Shown here: in pieces, positions 11,932 to 28,769 of the stretch | Layout: each line of letters opens with the position of its first letter | Position numbering within the stretch: the stretch's first letter is position 1 | NCBI GenBank assembly: GCA_964016885.1 | Contig: OZ024740.1 | Coordinates: 64,976,001-65,040,000, forward strand | Reading direction: 5' to 3' | Source of the DNA: Eledone cirrhosa | Lineage: Eukaryota | DNA length: 64,000 bases | Made by a program: the position numbers and the translations under genes | Notes under the pieces: generated by a model | What the model was told of the DNA's origin: nothing | What the model saw: only the letters and a program-made list of their open reading frames with translations | Database searches by the model: none

Positions 11932-13290
11932 CTTGCGGATCCTCAGCTTGTAATGGACATGGTTATACGAAACAGGAACGACAAACGTGCGAACGCGTAT
12001 GCGCAGAAACGATCACTTCATACAGGCAACACTAAAATGGTTGCGAGAGGTGTAAGGGAGATAACTGCGAAATTCCGATAAGAAAATTAGGATGTTGTTG
12101 TAATTCAATCCGGAGCTTTGAAGTTACGTAAGAGGTGTTTCGAGACGTGTGGACAACGTGTGAAGAATTTATTTCTCGTGTTTAGGCAATCGCTATTGTA
12201 TAATCTCTTTAGAATATTTATTCGTTCATCAATACATAGTCCACACGACAGATTTCCCCTTGTGTATGGCTTGGACTTAGTGATGACTTTCCATTGAATG
12301 GAGTAAGTTAGCTAACAGCGGCTTCTCGCAACCTATCACTTACTCTTCCACTATCAATATCAGCAATACGAAAAGAAAGTGTAACAATAGACAAACTATC
12401 TGGTTCTCTCCTCCCTTCTCACTCAACGTTAAAACCAATGTAGGCAAACAATTTCTAGCCCTCCTAGATAGACACTTTGCCATATGTCATAAATACCGCT
12501 CCATCTTTAACCGACACAAAGTAAAACTAGGATACTCCTGCGCTAAGACCATGAAGTCCCACATCACCAACAGCCCTAAGAGAAACACCCCACCAGGGTG
12601 CTCTTGCCGTAACCGCGGAGCTTGTCTCCTTCAACAGCAATGCAACACACCCGCTGTAGTTTATGAAGCTGTTGTTACTTGCAACCGACCAAATCAACCA
12701 CAGGAGGTCAGATCCTATGTGGGTATGGAGGAGGGCCGATTTAATGAACGCTTCCTGATCTACCAGTCGACCTTTAGGTACCCGGACAGACATTCATCCA
12801 TGAATCTCGCCAGCCACGTATGGTCCCTCAAGAACTCAAGTATAGACTACTCCATTCAATGGAAAGCCATCGCTAAGTCCAAGCCATACGCAATGGGGGA
12901 AATCCGTCGTGTGGACTATGTATTGATGAATGAATAAATATTCTAAAGAGATTATACAATAGCGATTGCCTAAACACGAGAAATGAATTCTTCACACGTT
13001 GTCCACACGTCTCGAAATACCTCTTACGTAACTACAAATCTCCGGATTGAATTACAATAACATCCTAATTTTCTTATCAACTAGAAACTTTTCGAACTTT
13101 CGCAATTATCTCCCTTACATCTCTCGCACGCATTTCACTATTGCCTGTGTGAAGTGATCGTTTGTGCGCATGCGCGTTCGTACGGTTGTCCTTCCTGTTC
13201 CGTATAACCACGTCCATTACGAGCTGAGGATCTGCTAAGGTGAAACAATTGTTCTCAGTATGGTGAACTAACTGTTGTGTAACCACTTCT
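11931..13290 (+). mobile_element. Penelope-like element 3' part (GIY-YIG endonuclease) with inverted pseudo-LTR
   Basis: Peptides IWFSPPFSLNVKTNVGKQFL..HKYRSIFNRHKVKLGYSC and CSCRNRGACLLQQQC...VVYEA...SYVGM...ASHVWSLK; 11931-12305 is an inverted copy of 12848-13240. Confidence 0.85.
13214..13263 (+). ncRNA. Type I hammerhead ribozyme in PLE 3' pseudo-LTR
   Basis: cca t tac gag CTGAGGA t ct-gctaa-gg t GAAA caattg TT ctc a gta tgg; helix I gag/ctc, tac/gta, cca/tgg; palindromic ACAATTGT. Confidence 0.7.
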
Positions 13291-13381
13291 ATATATATAT
13301 ATATATATGTATATATTTATGTATGTATATATATATGTATGTATATATATATATGTATATATATATGTATGTATATATATG

Positions 13382-13412
<31 letters not shown>

Positions 13413-13430
13413 GTATATATATATATATAA

Positions 13431-13475
<45 letters not shown>

Positions 13476-13561
13476 CTTATATATATATATATATACATAT
13501 ATATATACATATATATATACATATATATACATACATATATATATATACATATATATATATA

Positions 13562-14347
13562 TACAACAAATAATGGAAAAACAGTGTGTGAAAGATTTAG
13601 GCATCCACATGGGAACCAGCCTAAAATTCAGAGAACACCTTGACTCAGTCTGTCTTACTGCAAGTAAGTACAGCGGGTGGATCTTGCGCACCTTCAAATC
13701 AAGAGATACCTCAACAATGAAAACTCTCTGGAACAGTATGATACTTCCGTTGTTCTCAGTTGTGGTCACCAACAACAAAGGGCCAACTATCTAAGATGGA
13801 ATCGCTCCAAAGAAATTTTACCTCATACTTCTCAGAAACGAGGGACCTGGACTATTGGCAAAGACTCAAAACCTTGAAAATGTACTCAATAGAAAGAAGA
13901 TTTGAGCGATACCGAATTATATACATTTGGAAAATGATAGAGCAAAAGGTGCCAAACTTTGGTATCAAAACCTACCACTCACTGCGCCACGGAAGACGCT
14001 GCCAGCTACCACCAATCAACAAAAAGGGCTGGCCAGGCAGCAAACACCCTGCGAGAGTCAAGTCTGTTGGTTCGAGGGGCACAACTATTCAACTCCATTC
14101 CGGTACATGTCAGAAATCTATCAGGAGGCAGTGTGGAATCATTCAAATTGCAGCTGGATAGATACACCATTAGAGATGAACCCCATGTCCCAGGATATAC
14201 ACAACGAGCACAAACTGACTCAAACTCGCTCCTACACATGTCATAATTAAACAGAGAATCCAACCTCGCAACAACACCAGACTCTGAGGGTGGAGTCTTC
14301 GACTTGGCCTGACCATGGACTCAAACTCAAATGAAATGAAATGAAAT
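13562..14347 (+). mobile_element. CR1-clade LINE 3' fragment (frameshifted)
   Basis: VKDLGI...LKFREH...[11 protein letters not shown]...WSP...LQRNFT...DYWQRLKTLKMYSIERRFERY; (AAATG)n tail at 14328-14347. Confidence 0.85.
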
Positions 14348-14378
14348 ATATATGTATATATATACTTATATATATATA

Positions 14379-14453
<75 letters not shown>

Positions 14454-14598
14454 ATACATATATCTATATATATATATATAGGAACCAGTAAGACCCCGAC
14501 AGCTGAGCTCAAGCCGTTTCGACGGCTAATTCTGGACTGGACTGGACTATATATATATATACTTATGTATATATATACTTATGTATATATATATATAA

Positions 14599-14670
<72 letters not shown>

Positions 14671-17600
14671 TTCACTTTATTATCGATTTCCGGTGGTTGA
14701 TTCGATAACCGGATGGTTGTTTATACATTGCCAACGCTCTCTCATCACACATTGTGTGACCTCCTCAGTGACTAGGTTTTTATTTTTTAACTGGTGTGTC
14801 TCCTTTGCTCTGTCCAATACACAAAACCAAGATGGTGTAGGACATATATATATATAATGAAAGGGAAAGAATGACCGTGTAAGATAAAATAGTAGGTTCA
14901 ACATCTAAAATGATACATGATAGATCATATGATTAACCATTTGTAAATCGATACACATTCGTCACACCTTAAAAGAAATGATTATATTTACCCAAATACA
15001 TTGGCTCACTGTTATATATTACAGAAACTTTAAATTATAACACTACAAATATAAGTGGATAAGCAATGTAAATCGTCCACGTACGCTCCGCTGTTTAACA
15101 TGTATTAATACCCTGCCATTGTATTCCACCCGAATGATCCAAGCATTGAAAGATTATGCATGAGAAAGAGTCTTTTATCTATGTAAATATTGATACTTGG
15201 TCTATAGGCTTAGACCCAGTTATACTAGAGATGCAACTTCGAATTTGACTGTAGTTTATTAATATTATATATTATAGCGATCTAGTTATTGTAATGGTCT
15301 GTTTCGTGCATATCATATTGAAACATAGTCGTGCACACCTTTTAGTCATACGGGATCCATCTGTAACCATACCATCCTTAATGTTATGGGTATGATGAAT
15401 AATGTTCAGTAGATCATACCCGTTCTCTAGTGACAAAATATAATTGCCTTTAAAATCCATCCATTTAACCTTAATTCCCGGTGAAAACGTAGCAACATCG
15501 TGGGGCGTTATATACCTGAGGAATCCTAAACCTTTTAGAGCAGAAGAGGGGTGATGTATTTCAGAGAGAAAAGGAGACAGAGAGAATTTATTCATTACTG
15601 GATTAGTACTTGCTTTTATCGACCTTGAAATGATGAATGGCAATGTTGACCACTTCGAAACCTGAACTCAGTGCGCAAAGAGCCAGAAACATTTCTATTT
15701 GAATCCATAACGACCGACAATCCGCCATGTCACAGTGGTTCAATAAATCTTAGCTGCAATTGTATTTTTGTATATTTTATTGAAATTGTCTACTGCCAGA
15801 AAATATACAAAAAATACAAATTCATTAAAACTATATATAACAGGTTTATTGAGAAATGTTATCTAGCTAAACATTTCTCAAATGTTTGTCACATTTGCAT
15901 AATTTAGATGAGAAAATATAATAAGCTAATTTGCATATTTAATCAGATATTGAAATGTTTCCAGTGTATAAGGTAGCTTAGCTCAAAGTAATCAACACGA
16001 CGAATTTAGTTAGTATTCCACCCACCGAAATTACGATATATCATTTATGAATAATAAATAGCTTAACTGAGACATTTCCCATCTTTTGTACACTTAGAGT
16101 TTGTGTATCGTTGTTTTACTGAAAACTGAATTTTCAAAACACAGTGATATAAACACAGTACATTATTTATTTGATTTTTCTATAAAGTGAAAAGATAATC
16201 GTCTGCATGTTAAAGAAAAAAATCCACGACAGAACACCTAACTTTCTAAGGCATTGTCGTAACAATGAATCAAATGAGTTAGATACACAGCATTTCCATA
16301 ACCTGCAACAATCATGAATCATTTTAATTTCCTTCTTCATAGAGATACTCTGATTGCCAAAACTTCGAGCAGATATTAAACCTGAGGATTTAAATTAATT
16401 TACGATGCAAAATCATATTTTCCTATATAAAGCCAAGTACATGTATATAACACATCATTGATAATATGCGCCAAACTGATCACATCTTTAAGTTCACTAA
16501 ATTTAGATATGTTCTGGTTGAGAGGACATGTAATTCTCTGAATTTAAGGAGTATGATGATAAAAATACAACTCACTCTAACGGATTTTAAATTAATGGAT
16601 ATTGCTTACCTCATCTCTTATAACACGACAAACAAATTCGGTATTGAATAAATATTCTCGTTAAAGAAACGAAATAGTACAAAAGATCACGTTAAGAGAA
16701 TAAAGAACCATTCTTAAAAAGGTTCGAATATAATATAGATCAATTAACTGCTTTTCTACAGAATCACACACATCATTTTAAAAATAATTAAGCAACTTTC
16801 AGAAAATGAAATTTCGGTGAATTACTGATCTGGAGAATTTAAAAACAAATAAAAATAAGTGAAAAAATCATTGCAATAAAAGCATTAGCAGAATTGTTTC
16901 CAATTATAAAGACAACCATTAAGTTGTGTGATGATAAGTTTTATTGGAATTTCTTTCTTAATTATAAGAGCTTTCCTTTCTAATGATTAATGTGAGACAA
17001 TTAACTCGTTACGGTAATGTTTTTACATTTTGTATGTGATTGTATTCTTCTGGGCTAATAATATTCCTTGATTTTAGATAAAATGATTAATATTTTTTCT
17101 GGCTAGTATTGGTAAAATTTAAATAAACTTAATGAATGCGGGAGAACACTGCGACAAATAAAGTAATTCTCAATACATTTCATTTGCAACTTTTTCCTTT
17201 GTTAAAGATGTGTATATTCTAACCTAATTGCTAACCACACCAGAGGAATCGGTTTGGAGTTATTTAACTTCAAATATATCGGTTATGTCCCCCCCCCCCC
17301 ACCCTTTATTTGTGCAACTCACGTTTCCTTCTAATATAGATGTGCGCTTGTCAATATAATGAAATTGTGAACGTCTAGAAAAATTCAGTACAAATCTAAA
17401 AGAAAATTTCTCCAATATTGGAGAAAATGTTTTCAATAAATTCAAGTATTTTTATGTAATGCTCTATTATTAACAACTCGAACTATATTAGATTTTTCTC
17501 TCATGTAATCTGCGCATACCTATTGTCTTACAGACAAGGTTTTCAATATGTATACAGGGGAATCATATCACTCAAATTTATTGCGAGAAGAATATTACGT

Positions 17601-18599
17601 CTTTTAATATATTTTGTAGTTAACCATCTAACATCATACATAAAGCCAATAGAATTTAATATATCTCAGAAAAAAACTATATATGGATTATACCAAAACC
17701 AAAGAAAATAATTTATAGCAAATCGGTTGCTTGAGTTTATCTAATGTAACAAAGTTGTGAATTGTTAATAAGTTGGCAATTCTACATACAGTTTATATTT
17801 CATCAACATGATTATATTAATTTGTAGTTCAAAAGCTTGCAACCGCCTTATTTAAATTCACTGCAAATGGTCATATTTCAATGTTCATTGACAGTATCTT
17901 TGAGATTGTCGTATGAACATTTTACACATTACGGTTGTATGATGTTTATATGTTGCGGTGATTCCTTTCCATCCATCACAGTTGCTGCTAGCACAACGAC
18001 TAATAACTTGTTTTAAATATAACTTGTTATTTTTCCTCGTTATGAAATTTGGTTAAACTAGACATATTACGTTGTAGTCAGAAAAGTGTATATTCTGCGT
18101 TCATTTCTATTAAACGTAAAATATAGATCTGCTTTCAACTGAGTTATCAACAGTGTACGGCTATATTTTGTGAATACAAAGCTGGTCTCTATCAAATTAC
18201 GCTGTCTAATTTGCATAGGATTGCAGCCACCGAAAACGTGGATGAATTAATTAATACACAATACACTACACAGCGACGTTTTGAACATTATAAATGTAAG
18301 GGATAAACTGAAACATAAAAACATGCTACTTTAGTTTATTTGTGGAAATAAGGTCAAAATGTTTCAGACATTTAGCAAAGAAATTTGAAAACATTTCAGG
18401 CTGCAGAGGGAATATTAGCTTATGTCTATTTATAGAGAAGTCACATGTATACTCATTTAACTAGCCACCTTAATTTGCATATCAGGCTATAGCTTGATGA
18501 TGTATATGAATTAATCTATTCCTACTGCAGTATACAACGTGTTGTCGGTTATTTAAAACAAATAGCCTATAATGAAAGAGCTTAGTTTGGTGGTTTAAA

Positions 18600-20895
<2,296 letters not shown>

Positions 20896-22159
20896 TATCG
20901 CTCATCTAAGTATATTACCGAATAACTACAGGAAAAAAAATATTTGAGATTTCGGGCGGTTTCCTTGTTATGATATATTCCAAGCAAAATCAAAACGAAA
21001 GATTTGGTGTAATCTGGCTGCTCATAAAAGAAGGCAATAACTAAAATAAAGTACTGAAATGGAATCACTTCACACGAACTACATAAAAGAGAAACTAACT
21101 GCTTGTTATCGATAATCACAGACATTTTATAAGTCACACGATTTTATAAGGTTTTATGAAAGAATTACGTTTCGAAATTGAAAAACTCTAAATAGTGGTT
21201 GATTTTTGATAGATGATGTAAACAATTCAAACAAAAAGCAATCATCTTTTGAAAAAAGAGGAAATGCTAAAATCAATTGATTTGACGAAGAAATAACCGA
21301 CGTTAATGAGGTACACGTGATTAGGAAAATGTCATTTTTAAATTATCCAGACAAGGTCTACGAAACTTCATTTAGAATATATAAAAGGGGAAGCTGCGTT
21401 TATATATATATAAAGTTGAAAGTTTCAAAATCTCAATAAAATTGTTATCACTAAATCGAAAGTGGAAACGAGTCGTTTGATCAAGAAAAAATAATGAAAA
21501 ATAATAAACCATTGTAAGGAATTCTAGATAATTGTTAATTAATCAAAAGAAATAAAAAAAAACCGTTTGAGACCAACATGCGTTGATAAAATTAATGAGA
21601 AATATTGATGAAATAAACTACTAAGAAATTTAAGCTAAAGAAGAGAATGATTAAATTTATTTCGTCAGTGATTATAATTTACGAAACCAGGACGCTGATT
21701 TCAAGAAAGTAGTCACTGAAAAAAAAGGTAAAATTTTGATTAATGAGGGCGAATGCTAATCTGAAAGGTTGTCTGATAACCTGCAGAGAAAACGAGCGCA
21801 CACAGGATGAAACAAATCGCAAACAGTTACCAAAAGATCGATGAATCTGGTCTGCTCATTTCACCATAATATGTACCACAGTTTATAAGATAAATAAGAC
21901 ATAACGCTATTTGGAACGAGGGAATATACGACTAGTATTAATATTCCCATATAAACAGATCAACATATATGTTTACTTAAAATGTATTAGGAATTTAAAT
22001 CGCAAACACGTATTACAAATTAAAGAGATTTTGAGTTAATATATAAAAGCAAAGGCAAAATATGTCAAATTAACAACACTACATAGATAAGGTAATTTAA
22101 ATATAATTTCATTTATATGACTCATTCTATCTTATATACACAAAGTCTGAACACAAAAA

Positions 22160-22825
22160 GACTAACCTCCGACTATCACTGTTTTCGTCTCTCCCACTCT
22201 CCCTCCCCATCTCTCACTATTGTGAGCAAATGGGGGCCCACGGGCTGGACGCCACGCCACGCCGGCAGACAGAACAGAGAAGACGTTTCCCCGGAAGATG
22301 GTGAGGGAGCCAAGCTGGAAGAGCAATTCCAGCTCACGAGGCTCACACCTGCGGATAGCCAACTATGTGCCGATGGTGGTGAGCAAGGAGGTGGCCCTAG
22401 GACCAAGGACACAAGAAGTCTCTACTGCCATGGGCTCCTCCGCAAACCTGTCGGAAGGCGACGGATATTTAGAGAGTTTACCCTCCTCGGTTCGAAGTGC
22501 AGCAGAGCCTGGGGTAGAGGCAGAAGAAGTGTCGCTGTATGTGGCATACCAGATGAGGGGTTTACCACTCTGGAATGGGAAGATGGTCATACTGTCAGGC
22601 CTTTTCCCACCTCTCATTCCAGCTCCATTGGCTTCAGCTGTGTGGGGAAGCCTGCAGCATCCAAACCATGCTTGATGACCTCTTGTGAGCAACACGGTGT
22701 GGGAGGCGGCCGGCGCTGTAGTGACAGGACGGCGGCGGGTGGAGGCAGAAAGAGTCAACGGTGGATCTGCAGCGGCATTTATGTGGTTTGCAGATCAGGA
22801 CGCCGAGTCTCAATGCTACCATTAT
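22160..22825 (-). mobile_element. CRE-like non-LTR retrotransposon 3' fragment (zinc knuckle and restriction-like endonuclease)
   Basis: VALRLG..ICKPHKCRC...H...C and RPDSMTIFPFQSGKPLIWYATYSDT...KLSKY...PMAVETSCVLG in minus frames. Confidence 0.7.
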
Positions 22826-22847
22826 CTACTATATTATATATCACAAA

Positions 22848-22944
<97 letters not shown>

Positions 22945-24289
22945 CTCTCTGCATATATATGATACAATTCATATCTGGAGTCCTTGAGACTATCATTTCG
23001 ACTCAAAGTCATAAATTAGAGTAGAGTGTTGAGGTAACACGGAATATATAAGTTACAAAGTAATGGAGATAAAACTCATAAAAAGTGTGTGCATAAAAAT
23101 ACTAATAACAACGCATATTGGGGTCCAGCTAATCAACCGGGAGACAATGTTGACTGCAAACGGAGTCTTTCTCCATAAACATGTTTTACAGAGAGGATAG
23201 GGAAAGGCAAAGGCACGTTGCTGGTGGTTTAATTTGAATTGATCAACTATCTACAAAAATCATTTTCTATATCACCTCAGACGCGAAATGAAAATATGTA
23301 TTTCTCTGTGCTACACAAACAGAAATATATTTAAGAAACTAAAATAAATTCTCAACGTATCATCAGGCCACCGTTTAGTTAACTATTCGTCTTTTTGAAA
23401 GGGAAATAATCTAGTGAAGATTCGGACAATAATTGATTCTCTTTTGTATAATTACTTTTTTATGAGATAGTCTATCATCATGTTTTTACTTAATCTGTAG
23501 ATTACTTTGAAAATATTGATCACAATAATGTTTCACAGGAAAAGAAGCTGATGAACCTAATCTTCGACTATTTTATATTACTTGTTTTGTCTGAGAACAA
23601 TTATCAGCCGACAGTTTGTATACTTATCTTAAAGGAAATTCATGTATAATCAAATTTCAAACACTCACACTATTTTGAGTTGTCTGTCTCAGACTGACAC
23701 AACGATGAAAAACTATGATGAGAAAGTTGTTGTTTCAGAACTCATTTAGTTTTCTTGCATTTAATTGTAATGCATTTAATTTACAAATGGAAAAAATAAA
23801 TTCATCGAAAACTAATTAAAACAACAATGATTAGCTGGTTGCCTACTATAACATATGTAATATTCTAAAGTTACAAATTTGGTGTGACATATGACAATAG
23901 TTATTACTAATTGAAATATAATGAATTTAATGTTATCCAGTATATTTCTAATGATCACATCCTCATTTTTATATATAAGAATGTAAATTCGCCTAGATGA
24001 AATCTGAAATAAAGGTGGGTATGGAGGAAATTACACACCATGCAGCATTACATACATATACACATGTCCACCTAACCATGTATACATTTTTTAAATCACA
24101 TTTGAAGACTGCATACATGGAATATATATCAGATATTGTTCGACGGGTAAGTTGTGTAACATCATATGGTCTGCTGCCAAATCAAATGTGTTCACTTCTT
24201 CACTATATGACGTTTTTGCATTTAGATGATTGTGAGCGTATTGCTCAGTCTTTGAGTGACATGCAGCGCGTTGGGTCTGACAATCAGTC

Positions 24290-24770
24290 TGGTCAAGGCA
24301 GTCGTGTATCAATCTGTTCCAGAGAAGGATTTCTGTATAGCAAAACATTGAAGGTTGTTGATAAATATATATGTATATTGGTAGCACAGTTAAAAGACAA
24401 ACGCCGTACATGATGAAATTCCATTTCGACTAAAGAAAGAAAGTGATGTGCAATTTCCATCTATACCAAATATAAGGTACATGCATATTGTCTTCATTGA
24501 TTTATGCATGGGAAACTTGTGTCACATACCACGAACATATTAACATTGTTGAACATTTTCATCAACTACATCCAATGGCAATCATATATTAGTGATATTG
24601 AAGTGCTGGAAAAAAATCATTTCGAAAGTATTGAATCTCTCTTAATTCAAAATAGATTGCGCTGGAGCGACCATGTTGAAAGAATGTCAGATTATATATT
24701 TCCTAAGCAGTTTCAGTACGGTGAGTTAGTCAAAGACAAGTAGCCAGATCATAAATCAAAATGACGTTAT
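24290..24770 (+). mobile_element. Decayed RTE LINE C-terminal fragment
   Basis: ISDIEVLEK...IESLLIQNRLRWSDHVERMSDYIFPKQFQYGELV parallels the RTE at 33510-33660. Confidence 0.75.
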
Positions 24771-25691
24771 GTCCAATGTGTGTGGCCGGATTGTCCCCAC
24801 TTAACTGGTTTTAGAAGTCATCACAAAGACCAGGTAAAAGATGTTGTCGAATACGGTCCCTTTTGCAGTTTTTCCTGTCTGAAGTATAGAAAACAACAAT
24901 CGGACGGTGGACCCGAAGGTAATTAAAAACCCCCCAAATAACAACAAATCAGAGTATCAAAGTGTAAAAAACGTGCATCACTGCAGCCTTAGAAGAAAGG
25001 AATGTAATTCCTTACCAAGATTAAAGAGTCATGCTCGTGTCACCAATGGGTGAGAGGAAGATGAGGTTGTGAAACCAAGATGAAGCCATCATTTGTGTAT
25101 GTATGTATGTATGTATGTATGTATGTATGTATGTATGTATGTATGTATGTATGTATGCATGTATGTATGTATGGGTGTATGTATGTATGCATGTATGTAT
25201 GAATGAATATGTGGTGATGAAAAACAATTCCTTAATCAAATTACCAATAAAGTTCGTGACTCTTCTCTTTATTTTTTCAGTGATATAATTGAGAAAGATA
25301 ACTAGCGATTTACGATATATAAAGAAATGGAAGTGTAAGAACATTCGAAAAAACCCTATCCAATTATGAAACAGAAATAAAGATAACCAATGAATTTCAT
25401 TCGTTATCTCTATTAAAATACTTTATTCTACTTATATATTTATTTATTTATTTATTCATTTATATATTTATTTAATCATTTATTATAATTATTCGACATA
25501 TGTGTAAATATCGGTAAATTTAGGTTGAAAATATACTGCTTAACCTCATGGAGATAACGGAAATGTTAAGAATTATAGCGACGGCTGACGCTACGTTTAT
25601 ATTTGTGATTATCAGTTCTTGAATTGCCTCCGCACACAATTGAACATTCACACGCACATAAATTTACTCATATATGAATATAAGTATGTAC

Positions 25692-25749
<58 letters not shown>

Positions 25750-25842
25750 GTACATACTTATATAAGTATGTACGTATATGTGTGTGTATATATATATATA
25801 CGATATATTAACAAATGGAAACTATATTTATAAAACCATATT

Positions 25843-25907
25843 TATTTCATTATACATATTTAAAGGACACCAAATTAAATCATGGTGCGCTTTCATCAGA
25901 TAAAATA
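25843..25907 (-). ncRNA. Hammerhead motif, probably inactivated (G12 to U)
   Basis: Minus strand: tattttat CTGATGA aag c gcacca-loop-tggtgt c ctt TAAA tatgta TA atgaaata; flanks match 37700-37752. Confidence 0.6.
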
Positions 25908-26054
25908 TAATATAGATCAGTTTTATAAATAAATATTGACATGCCCTTAGAGAATGCGACCATTTCTGTTGGAAGCTCCGGGAGCTTCCAACAGAAACGG
26001 CTTGAGCTCAGCCGTCGGGGTCTTACTTGTTCCTATATATATATATATATATAC

Positions 26055-26089
<35 letters not shown>

Positions 26090-26095
26090 TATTTT

Positions 26096-26195
26096 AAAAA
26101 AGCCTCCAGTTGCATTCTCGATTTCATCTTTTTTCTTTATACATTCAATCGTGTAGAACACCTCGGTTATTTTTCATTTTGTAAAAGAACCTCAC

Positions 26196-26285
<90 letters not shown>

Positions 26286-26423
26286 GTGACGTTCTTTTAC
26301 AAAATGAAAAATAACCGAGGTGTTCTACACGACTGAATGTATAAAGAAAAAAGATGAAATCGAGAATGCAACTGGAGGCTTTTTTTAAATAAGACTCCAG
26401 TTGCATTTTCGATTTCATCTTTT
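26096..26423. repeat. Two inverted ends of the 9369-9730 family joined through a (TA)n tract
   Basis: 26096-26203 and 26278-26386 are near-perfect reverse complements separated by about 75 bp of (TA)n; a partial third copy follows. Confidence 0.8.
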
Positions 26424-27345
<922 letters not shown>

Positions 27346-27619
27346 TATAATTTTTTTTTGTGTTGCGTATATGTATGTATATATATATATATATATATCT
27401 AATTGTAATACGTGACGTATTCTATTCTATAGCGATTAGGTCTTCAAAATGTTTATTATAAACATACAGAATATTTTCGAATATTCTATGTCTATATTCA
27501 CATATATATCGCTATTTCAGAGCATTTATTCCAATTTCTAATTTCTGCCGGACCGGCAACCGCTCTTTCAAACCAGTTCCTGTACACAGCTAAGTATTCT
27601 ATAAGTCTCTAGCTGTGTC

Positions 27620-27708
27620 ATTCTCGATAAAAGCACTGGATATGTGGTCCTGATGAATTCTAACAAGAATGAAACGCGTAGATTACTTCCCTTGCTTTTA
27701 TCGAGAAT
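27620..27708 (+). ncRNA. Type I hammerhead ribozyme, unit 1
   Basis: attctcgataaaagca ct gga tat gtggtc CTGATGA attc-taacaa-gaat GAAA cgcg TA gattac t tcc ct tgcttttatcgagaat; predicted GUA cleavage after 27680. Confidence 0.9.
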
Positions 27709-27929
27709 CTAATTGTAATACGTGACGTATTCTATTCTATAGCGATTAGGTCTTCAAAATGTTTATTATAAACATACAGAATATTTTCGAATATTCTATG
27801 TCTATATTCACATATATATCGCTATTTCAGAGCATTTATTCCAATTTCTAATTTCTGCCGGACCGGCAACCGCTCTTTCAAACCAGTTCCTGTACACAGC
27901 TAAGTATTCTATAAGTCTCTAGCTGTGTC

Positions 27930-28018
27930 ATTCTCGATAAAAGCACTGGATATGTGGTCCTGATGAATTCTAACAAGAATGAAACGCGTAGATTACTTCC
28001 CTTGCTTTTATCGAGAAT
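27930..28018 (+). ncRNA. Type I hammerhead ribozyme, unit 2
   Basis: Same as unit 1 shifted by 310; predicted cleavage after 27990. Confidence 0.9.
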
Positions 28019-28239
28019 CTAATTGTAATACGTGACGTATTCTATTCTATAGCGATTAGGTCTTCAAAATGTTTATTATAAACATACAGAATATTTTCGA
28101 ATATTCTATGTCTATATTCACATATATATCGCTATTTCAGAGCATTTATTCCAATTTCTAATTTCTGCCGGACCGGCAACCGCTCTTTCAAACCAGTTCC
28201 TGTACACAGCTAAGTATTCTATAAGTCTCTAGCTGTGTC

Positions 28240-28328
28240 ATTCTCGATAAAAGCACTGGATATGTGGTCCTGATGAATTCTAACAAGAATGAAACGCGTA
28301 GATTACTTCCCTTGCTTTTATCGAGAAT
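28240..28328 (+). ncRNA. Type I hammerhead ribozyme, unit 3
   Basis: Same as unit 1 shifted by 620; predicted cleavage after 28300. Confidence 0.9.
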
Positions 28329-28549
28329 CTAATTGTAATACGTGACGTATTCTATTCTATAGCGATTAGGTCTTCAAAATGTTTATTATAAACATACAGA
28401 ATATTTTCGAATATTCTATGTCTATATTCACATATATATCGCTATTTCAGAGCATTTATTCCAATTTCTAATTTCTGCCGGACCGGCAACCGCTCTTTCA
28501 AACCAGTTCCTGTACACAGCTAAGTATTCTATAAGTCTCTAGCTGTGTC

Positions 28550-28638
28550 ATTCTCGATAAAAGCACTGGATATGTGGTCCTGATGAATTCTAACAAGAAT
28601 GAAACGCGTAGATTACTTCCCTTGCTTTTATCGATAAT
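28550..28638 (+). ncRNA. Type I hammerhead ribozyme, unit 4
   Basis: Same as unit 1 shifted by 930, with one G to T change in distal helix I at 28635; predicted cleavage after 28610. Confidence 0.9.
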
Positions 28639-28769
28639 CTAATTGTAATACGTGACGTATTCTATTCTATAGCGATTAGGTCTTCAAAATGTTTATTATA
28701 AACATACAGAATATTTTCGAATATTCTATGTCTATATTCACATATATATCGCTATTTCAGAGCATTTAT

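Noticed and set aside
14730-14772. Minus-strand CTGAGGA with gtcacac/gtgtgat hairpin
   Set aside because: GAAA and cleavage-site register are broken; at most a relic.
15272-15643. 123-aa non-repetitive minus-strand ORF
   Set aside because: TTG start, stops in flanking frames and no family I can identify; needs a BLASTX or RNA-seq check.
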